Part shown: in pieces, positions 34,181 to 40,368 of the stretch | How the letters are laid out: every line of letters begins with the position of its first letter | How positions within the stretch are numbered: the stretch's first letter is position 1 | Source: a virus | Taxonomy: Duplodnaviria > Caudoviricetes | IMG/VR virus record: IMGVR_UViG_3300009095_000031 | Location: 1 to 40,368 of that record | DNA: 40,368 bases | Reading direction: 5' to 3' (one strand) | Translations under genes and position numbers: made by a program | The notes under the pieces: generated by a model | The model's database searches: none | Told to the model about the DNA's origin: nothing | What the model saw: the letters and a program-made list of their open reading frames with translations, nothing else

Positions 34181-35668
34181 ATGGCAACCCCCAAGCGCCC
34201 CATCACCGAGGAGCTGGCGAAGCCCGATAACGCCTTTGCGCTCGGGTCGACCTTCGCCAACCTGCTGACCGTCGAGGATTCGGTGCTCGAGGCCAAGGGC
34301 CGCGATTATCGGATCTACAAGGAAGTGCTCCGCGACGACCAATGTGCGAGCGCATTCGCCGAGCGGCGCATGGCCGTCACGTCGAAAAACTGGATGGTCG
34401 ACGCCGCCAGCAAGAGCGCCCAGGACGTGGCCGCGGCCGACTTCGTGCGCGAGCTGCTGACCAACCTCGAGTGGGACCGCATCACCGACAAAATGCTATA
34501 TGCGCGGTGGTACGGCCACGCGGTGGGCGAGTGCATGTGGGCCACCGATGGCCGGTTCGTGACCCTGGCCGACGTGAAGGTGCGCGACCGCGGCCGCTTC
34601 GTGTACGACGACCGCGGCGCCCTGTACCTGCACAAGGCCGGCGCCCCGCAGCCGGTGCGCATGCCCGACCGGAAGTTCTGGGCCATCAGCACCGGCGCCG
34701 ACACCGACGACAGCCCCTACGGGCTGGGCCTGGGGCATTTCTGCTACTGGCCGGTGTTTTTCAAGCGCAGCGATATCAAGTTCTGGCTGGTGTTCCTCGA
34801 GAAGTTCGGCCAGCCGACCGCCATCGGCAAGGCGCCAGGCGGCCGCCTCGAGGACGTGGGATTCCGCGACAAGGTGCTGGGCGCCCTGCGGGCCATTTCC
34901 AGCGAAACCGCCGTGGTGGTGCCCGAGGGCGTGGAAATCGAGCTGCTGGAAGCCGCGCGCAGCGGCGCCGGCGACTATGAAGCCATGAAGGACGCAATGG
35001 ACGCGGCCATTTCCAAGCTCATCGTGGGCCAGACCGCGAGCAGCCAGGGCACGCCGGGCCGCCTGGGCAATGATGACCTGCAGGGCGAGGTGCGCAATGA
35101 CCTAGTGAAGGCCGACGCCGACCTGGTGAGCGCATCTTTCCGCCGACAGGCCCTCACCTGGCTGTGCGAGTGGAATTTCCCCGGCGCCGGCGTGCCTTCG
35201 GTGTGGCGCGAAACCGAGCAGCCAGAGGATCTGAATCGCCGCGCCGAGCGCGACAGCAAGGTGTTCGCCCTCGGGTTCGAACCGACAGAGGACTACGTGC
35301 GGGAAACCTACGGCGAGGGCTGGCAGAAAAAGGCGGTGCAGGCCGGCGTCACCCCGGGCGAAGTGGCCGACGAGCTCGCCCAGGAATTCGCCGAGCTGGG
35401 CGCAATCGCCGCGCTGAAGGCCGGGCACCGTTCGGACGAGCAGAGCATCGCCGAGGCGGCCCAGTACCTGGCGAACCGCTACCAGGACACCATCGGGCCG
35501 CGCGTGCAGCAGCTGCTGGACTACGCCGAGGAGGCGGGCGATTACGAAACCCTGCAGAAGCGCCTGGTGGCGATGCTCGAGGAGCCGCCGCCGGCGTCCG
35601 CGCAGCGCGCCGTGATGCGCTCCAAGGTCATGGCCCGCCTCATGGGCATGTTTCGCGCGCAGCGATAG
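34181..35668 (+). CDS. Portal protein (Mu gp29/DUF935 family)
   Basis: Start re-called at ATG 34181; PYGLGL...YWPVFFKR, FLEKFGQP, ISK.IVGQT; follows terL. Confidence 0.93.
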   Translation: MATPKRPITEELAKPDNAFALGSTFANLLTVEDSVLEAKGRDYRIYKEVLRDDQCASAFAERRMAVTSKNWMVDAASKSAQDVAAADFVRELLTNLEWDRITDKMLYARWYGHAVGECMWATDGRFVTLADVKVRDRGRFVYDDRGALYLHKAGAPQPVRMPDRKFWAISTGADTDDSPYGLGLGHFCYWPVFFKRSDIKFWLVFLEKFGQPTAIGKAPGGRLEDVGFRDKVLGALRAISSETAVVVPEGVEIELLEAARSGAGDYEAMKDAMDAAISKLIVGQTASSQGTPGRLGNDDLQGEVRNDLVKADADLVSASFRRQALTWLCEWNFPGAGVPSVWRETEQPEDLNRRAERDSKVFALGFEPTEDYVRETYGEGWQKKAVQAGVTPGEVADELAQEFAELGAIAALKAGHRSDEQSIAEAAQYLANRYQDTIGPRVQQLLDYAEEAGDYETLQKRLVAMLEEPPPASAQRAVMRSKVMARLMGMFRAQR

Positions 35669-35677
35669 GAGGCTGCC

Positions 35678-35953
35678 ATGGCGAAGCGAATCCGTTACGA
35701 GGTCCTGCCGCTGTCCAAGGCCGAGCTGGCCAGCATCGGCACCGGAGGCGGGCTGCGCTGGAAGGTGACCATCGACGGCGACCGCCTGGCCGTCCACGGC
35801 AAGCAGGCCGAGGCCGTGACCTTCGCCGCGGCTACCGCGCGCTCCGAGTGGAAAGCCCGCGGCGTGCTGGGCGAGCTGGTCATCAAGGGCCGCGACGGCC
35901 GCATCCGCGACTCCCGCACCTACGGGCGCGACCCGCGCCGGACGCCCGGCTGA
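35678..35953 (+). CDS. DUF2188-like protein
   Basis: Q.EAV..A...A, ELVIKGRDGRIRDSRTYG.DP; AGGAGG SD. Confidence 0.8.
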   Translation: MAKRIRYEVLPLSKAELASIGTGGGLRWKVTIDGDRLAVHGKQAEAVTFAAATARSEWKARGVLGELVIKGRDGRIRDSRTYGRDPRRTPG

Positions 35954-35955
35954 AC

Positions 35956-38900
35956 GTGAGCCGCGCGCAGGACTTCCTCGACTACCTCGACGGGCCCATG
36001 GGTGGCAGCTTCACGCTCGCGCCCGAGGAGGCCATGGCGTTCTATGCCGCCAAGGGGCTGCGCACCACGTTCGACTACCGCGACATGCTCGGCACCGAGC
36101 ACACCGCGGCGTTCACGGTGGCCAAGATGATGGACACCGACCTGCTGGCCGACGTGCACGCCAGCCTGCTGGACGCCATGGCCACCGGCACGCCGTTCCG
36201 CCAGTGGGCCGACGGCATCGTGCCGCTGCTGCAGGCCAAGGGCTGGTGGGGCCGCAAGGCCATGACCGACCCGCTCACCGGGAAAACGATCATCGCCCAG
36301 CTGGGCAGCCCCGGGCGCCTGCAGACCATCTTCCGCACCAACATGCAGACCGCCTACGCGGCCGGCGCCTGGGCGCAGATCGAGGAGCAGGCCGAGCTCG
36401 CGCCGTTCCTGCTGTATGACGCCGTGGACGACCACCGCACGCGACCCGAGCATGCCGCGTGGGATGGCCAGGTGCACCCGGTGGGCTCGCCGTTCTGGCG
36501 CGACCACTATCCGCCGAACGGCTGGAATTGCCGCTGCGGCGTGATCCAGCTTTCCCAGGACGACCTGGACGCCATGGGCCTGGCGGTGTCGCCGCAGGTG
36601 CCGCAGGCGACCTACCGCTGGACCAATCCGCGCACCGGCGAGACTTCGAAGATCGCCGCCGGCGTAGATCCGGGCTGGAATTACAACCCGGGGCAGGCCT
36701 ACCTGCAGAACCTCATGGCCACCGCCATCAGCAAGGCGCGCGCACTGCCGCCGCAGCTGGTCGCCCCGGCCGTGAAGGGCATCGACGCAACCAAGGCCGC
36801 CGCCATGGCGCAGCTCGACGCCGACGTGAAGGCCGCGCAGCTGGCGCTGGCCAAGGCGATGGGCGCCGACGCGCAGAAGCGCGGGGCCCTGAAGGCCGCC
36901 GAGCGCAGCGCCCAGTGGCAGCTGGACAATGCCGTGGCCAGCAAAACCCCGTACCTGGCGACCGCCATCAAGCAGGTGGCCGCGACCAAGGCCGGCCAGG
37001 CCATGGCCCCGTCCGAGCTCCTGACCGCGGCGCAGGCGAAGGCCGCCCAGGCGAAGGCCTCGGCGAACCTGGTCAACTGGAAACAGGCCTATCTCGCCGA
37101 CAAGGAACCTGGCCCGGCCGCGAAATCGCAATTCGACGCGCTGCCCGACGACGCGCAGGCGGCGCTAGTGCAGCAGCTGGACGCCATCAAGGCCGACAAC
37201 GCCCTGCAGGCGGCCGCGCAGCAGCAGCTCGACGCCATCGCCGCGCAGTCGGCCGGCACGCTCGAGGCCAAGGCCCTGGCGAAGCTCGCCGGCGACCACG
37301 CGAAGCCCGCCGACCTGCTGGCCGCGGTGCAGGCCGAGGTCGCCGCGCAGAAGCTGGCCATCAGCAAGGCCACCACGCTGGCCGGCCTGAAAAAGTCACT
37401 CATCGCCGGCAAGACCCCGACCCCGGCGCAGGGCTCGCTGCTGAACGAGCTCACCGACGACGCCAAGGCCGCGCTGCTGGCCGACGTGGACGCCGCGAAG
37501 GCCGCCCAGGCGGCCAAGGTCGCGCAGGCGCCCGAAGCCACCAAGCCCGCCCAGCTGCTGAACGAGCCCGACACGCCGCTGAACCCGGACGCGCTGGTGC
37601 AGATCGGGCCGCAAAAGGGCAGCAACCCCGGCGGCCTGTACCAGGATCCTGACACCGGCGTGAAGTGGTACGTCAAGCGCCCGAACAACCCCGAGCAGGC
37701 CCGAAACGAGGTGCTGGCCGGCGCGCTCTACCGCCTCGCCGGCATCGACACCCCCGAGCTGCGGCTTACCCGTCACCAGGGGCAGGCCGCCATCGCCTCG
37801 CGCATCGTGGACGGGCTGGAATCCGGCACGCCCGCGCAGCTGGCCGCCGCCGGCGGCACCGCCGAGGGCTTCGTGGTCGACGCCTGGATGGCCAACTGGG
37901 ACGTGGTGGGCATGGGGTTCGACAACCTGCTGCTGAAGGGCGGCAGGGCGTGGCGAGTGGACACCGGCGGCGCGCTGCGCTTCCGGGCACAGGGCGGGCT
38001 GAAGGGTGCCGCGTTCGGCGATGACGTGCTCGAGCTCGACAGCCTGCGCAACGCCGCGACCAACCCGCAGTCCGCGGCCGTGTTCCGGGGCCTCACCCCG
38101 TCGCAGCTCGAGGATGGCGTGCGCCGCGTGCTGGCCATCCCCGAGGACCGCATCCGCGCGCTGGTGGACGAGCTGGGGCCGCTGGACCGAGGCGAGCGCG
38201 ACAAGCTGCTGGCCACGCTGCTGGCCCGGCGCGAGGCGCTGGCCGAGCGGTTCCCGAACGCCCGCCCGAAGCGCGAGGCCCCGGCGCCGGCGCCCGTGGA
38301 GCGCGTGACCGAGTTCGAACAGCGCGAAATCGAGGCCGCGCGCGCGAACGGCTACACCCTGACCACCGACGGCGACGCCATCGAGGACCACCACGTGGTG
38401 GCGATGGCCTACACCGACGCCGCCGGCAAGGCCCGCACGCGCCTGGCGCTGAAGCTGCGCCCGGACCAATCGGCATGGCTGCAGCAGCAGCTGCCCGACA
38501 GCGCCGGCCCTACCGCGCCGGTGCTGGCCGACTTCGTGGACGCGAAGGCTTCCGGCCTCGAGCTGCTGAAGGGGCTCAACAGCCAGGCGGCCAAGGGGCT
38601 GGAAATCCGCCTGGACAAGGAAGTGGCCCGCTACCAGGCATTCCGGGCTCGGATGAAGGCGCTCATGGAGCAGGTGCGCGCGGCCGGCGTTGGCGACGGC
38701 ATTCTGCCTGCGGCCACCGAGGCCACGATGGCGGCCTCGCACCGGCAGCTGCTGAATCTCGAGTCGCAGCTGGATGACTATTTCCGCCGCCACAAGCCCG
38801 GCGACAAGGCCCAGGCGCTCCCCGCGTTCGACTTCAACGCCGTGGCTGACCGCGTGCTGGGCCCCGTCCCGAAGCCCAGCACCGGCGCGTCCCGGTCGAC

Positions 38901-40023
38901 GTTCCGCGCCGCCGGCGGGCTCACCTACAGCCGCGCCGAGGTGAAGGCCGGCCGCGTGCGCGAGCTGCCCAGCCAGGTGAGCGCCGCGAGCTACGCGCGC
39001 CGCACCTACGTGGACGAATTCGACGGCGGGCGTGTCACCTTCGTGCCAGACCACCCCGAGAACGCGCTGGCCATTCGCGGCTATGCCCAGGTGGAGGTCG
39101 ACGGCGTGGGCCCGCAGGCCACCGCGCGCGCCATCGCCGAGCTCGAGCGACTGGGCATCGACACCAGCCGCGCATCGCCCGATGCCCGCCTCGAGCTGTA
39201 CCTGGACCGCCACCTGTACCTGCGCAGCGTGAAGGACACCGAGCTGGAAGGCGCGTGGCTGGCAATCCGCAGCGAAACCGACCAGCTGGTGCGCAACCAG
39301 CGCAAGCTCGAGCTCCTGAACAAGGCCGCCGGGTTCGACGTGCGCACCTCGCCCAACTGGGACCCCGAGGGCAAGCGCCAGGCCTTCGGCCACGGCCGCG
39401 TGACGCAGTTCCGCGCCGACCTGAAGCCCGACGACGTGGCGAAGTTCAACGCCGGCCACGTGCTGTTCCACAACCCCGCCGGCCTGGGATGGCAGGGCGG
39501 CAGCGCGGTGCTGGATCGATTCAAGGCGCTGGTGGAAGCGGGCGGGCAGCTGGCCAGCCAGGTGGACCGGATCCGCCGCGGCGTGCCCCTCACCGGGTCC
39601 AGCGTGGCCTCGGACTTCCAGAGCGGCGGCGCGGCCTACGTGTTCACCCGCCTGTCGAGCGTGGGCGGCAACATCAAGCAGCACGGCGCCGGGTTCATCC
39701 TGAAGCCCGAGCTGGTGCACCGGCTGGACGCCTTCAGCTATGACGGCGACGTGTTCGGCAACGTCGACCGCGACCTGCAGCGCCGGCGCCGGGCTGTCGA
39801 CCTGGACGGGATGCGGGCGAACGCCCGCGGCGGCGGCAATGAAACCAATTTCCGCGACAGCGTGAGCCTGTTCGATTCGGTCCAGCACATCGTCCTGGAT
39901 ACCATCGCCGATGCGGCCGAGGCTCGGAAGTTCATGCGCGACGCCGGCTACACCACATGGCCCGATGGCCGCTCCCTCGAGGAGGTCATCATCGCCAAGG
40001 CACACAGCCCCTACAGGAAATAA
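35956..40023 (+). CDS. Giant MuF (Mu gpF-like minor head) protein with kinase-like and ART-like C-terminal domains (1355 aa)
   Basis: Start re-called at GTG 35956; AFTVAK, RLQTIFRTN, D.RTRPEH, YPPNGWNCRC; YVK...NE, NWD, DN, RVD.GG kinase-like motifs; LFH...YVFTR...NE C-terminus. Confidence 0.88.
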   Translation: MSRAQDFLDYLDGPMGGSFTLAPEEAMAFYAAKGLRTTFDYRDMLGTEHTAAFTVAKMMDTDLLADVHASLLDAMATGTPFRQWADGIVPLLQAKGWWGRKAMTDPLTGKTIIAQLGSPGRLQTIFRTNMQTAYAAGAWAQIEEQAELAPFLLYDAVDDHRTRPEHAAWDGQVHPVGSPFWRDHYPPNGWNCRCGVIQLSQDDLDAMGLAVSPQVPQATYRWTNPRTGETSKIAAGVDPGWNYNPGQAYLQNLMATAISKARALPPQLVAPAVKGIDATKAAAMAQLDADVKAAQLALAKAMGADAQKRGALKAAERSAQWQLDNAVASKTPYLATAIKQVAATKAGQAMAPSELLTAAQAKAAQAKASANLVNWKQAYLADKEPGPAAKSQFDALPDDAQAALVQQLDAIKADNALQAAAQQQLDAIAAQSAGTLEAKALAKLAGDHAKPADLLAAVQAEVAAQKLAISKATTLAGLKKSLIAGKTPTPAQGSLLNELTDDAKAALLADVDAAKAAQAAKVAQAPEATKPAQLLNEPDTPLNPDALVQIGPQKGSNPGGLYQDPDTGVKWYVKRPNNPEQARNEVLAGALYRLAGIDTPELRLTRHQGQAAIASRIVDGLESGTPAQLAAAGGTAEGFVVDAWMANWDVVGMGFDNLLLKGGRAWRVDTGGALRFRAQGGLKGAAFGDDVLELDSLRNAATNPQSAAVFRGLTPSQLEDGVRRVLAIPEDRIRALVDELGPLDRGERDKLLATLLARREALAERFPNARPKREAPAPAPVERVTEFEQREIEAARANGYTLTTDGDAIEDHHVVAMAYTDAAGKARTRLALKLRPDQSAWLQQQLPDSAGPTAPVLADFVDAKASGLELLKGLNSQAAKGLEIRLDKEVARYQAFRARMKALMEQVRAAGVGDGILPAATEATMAASHRQLLNLESQLDDYFRRHKPGDKAQALPAFDFNAVADRVLGPVPKPSTGASRSTFRAAGGLTYSRAEVKAGRVRELPSQVSAASYARRTYVDEFDGGRVTFVPDHPENALAIRGYAQVEVDGVGPQATARAIAELERLGIDTSRASPDARLELYLDRHLYLRSVKDTELEGAWLAIRSETDQLVRNQRKLELLNKAAGFDVRTSPNWDPEGKRQAFGHGRVTQFRADLKPDDVAKFNAGHVLFHNPAGLGWQGGSAVLDRFKALVEAGGQLASQVDRIRRGVPLTGSSVASDFQSGGAAYVFTRLSSVGGNIKQHGAGFILKPELVHRLDAFSYDGDVFGNVDRDLQRRRRAVDLDGMRANARGGGNETNFRDSVSLFDSVQHIVLDTIADAAEARKFMRDAGYTTWPDGRSLEEVIIAKAHSPYRK

Positions 40024-40025
40024 CC

Positions 40026-40368
40026 ATGGACCATTCAGGCCCTGCCCTTGTCCACGTCGCCGGCGCCGTTCGCGTGGCCGCCTTCACCTGGCAGACCGCC
40101 ACCGGCCTGGCGTGGCTTGAACCCGACTACCTCGAGCCGGAACCACCGCCGCGTTCGGCGTTCCACCACGTGGCCGGCGAGGTTCTGGACGACCCGGCGG
40201 GCGTGATGGTGTGGGGCGAGGAGGAGGCGGTGCTGGTGTTCCCGTCGATCCGGGCGCAGGACGACCCGCTGCTGTGCCCGCCATACGCGCGCGAGGGGCT
40301 GGACCGGCTGGCCGAGCTGCTGGCCAGCACCACATGGGAGGACGAGCGCGTGCGCGTCACCCAGCTGC
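40026..40368 (+). CDS. Acidic 126-aa protein, candidate immunity protein; continues across the junction to TAG at 159-161
   Basis: ATG 2 nt after the MuF stop with AGGA SD; open frame MDHSGPALVHV...DDLDQLGGIV* on the circularised sequence; absent from ORF track. Confidence 0.75.
   Translation, partial: MDHSGPALVHVAGAVRVAAFTWQTATGLAWLEPDYLEPEPPPRSAFHHVAGEVLDDPAGVMVWGEEEAVLVFPSIRAQDDPLLCPPYAREGLDRLAELLASTTWEDERVRVTQL
40246..40368. repeat. Terminal direct repeat, right copy
   Basis: Identical to 1-123. Confidence 0.95.

Noticed and set aside
35164-35955. 264-aa N-terminal extension of the 1619-aa ORF, or a portal-MuF frameshift fusion
   Set aside because: Arg/Gly-rich shadow translation overlapping portal and the DUF2188-like gene; no perfect slippery heptamer seen; MuF-like sequence starts at about 35956
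37396-40005. 869-aa antisense ORF opposite MuF
   Set aside because: Mirror of the sense codons; no SD or motifs

Overview
The window looks like a complete, circularly closed genome (about 40,245 bp unique; 1-123 is repeated at 40246-40368) of a GC-rich (about 70% by eye) siphovirus-type tailed phage. The SSB and RdgC sequences suggest a Xanthomonadaceae-like host. It combines a Mu-like head/neck module (DUF935 portal, MuF, protease/scaffold, DUF2190, capsid, gp36, gpG, gp37), a non-contractile tail (tube, frameshifted chaperone, tape measure, BR0599, tail tip, lectin-like RBP), a lambdoid early region (ERF, PD-(D/E)XK nuclease, SSB / Cro-like, O-like initiator with iterons, P-like, RusA, Mor-like, RdgC, NinB, Ref-like), a lysis cassette and a headful-type terminase. 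I recognised no integrase, transposase or CI repressor. Highlights: (1) a 1355-aa MuF protein carrying an atypical kinase-like domain and a C-terminal ADP-ribosyltransferase-like domain, followed by a small candidate immunity gene that spans the sequence junction; (2) a genome-wide CTACC-N3-GGTAG operator network over sigma70 promoters; (3) three candidate activator-dependent late promoters; (4) a candidate 65-nt sRNA with two ACUCCCC loops; (5) a C5 DNA methyltransferase split over two overlapping reading frames; (6) an inverted cassette of small genes inside the head module. All family assignments come from motif recognition and synteny by eye. No database search was run.
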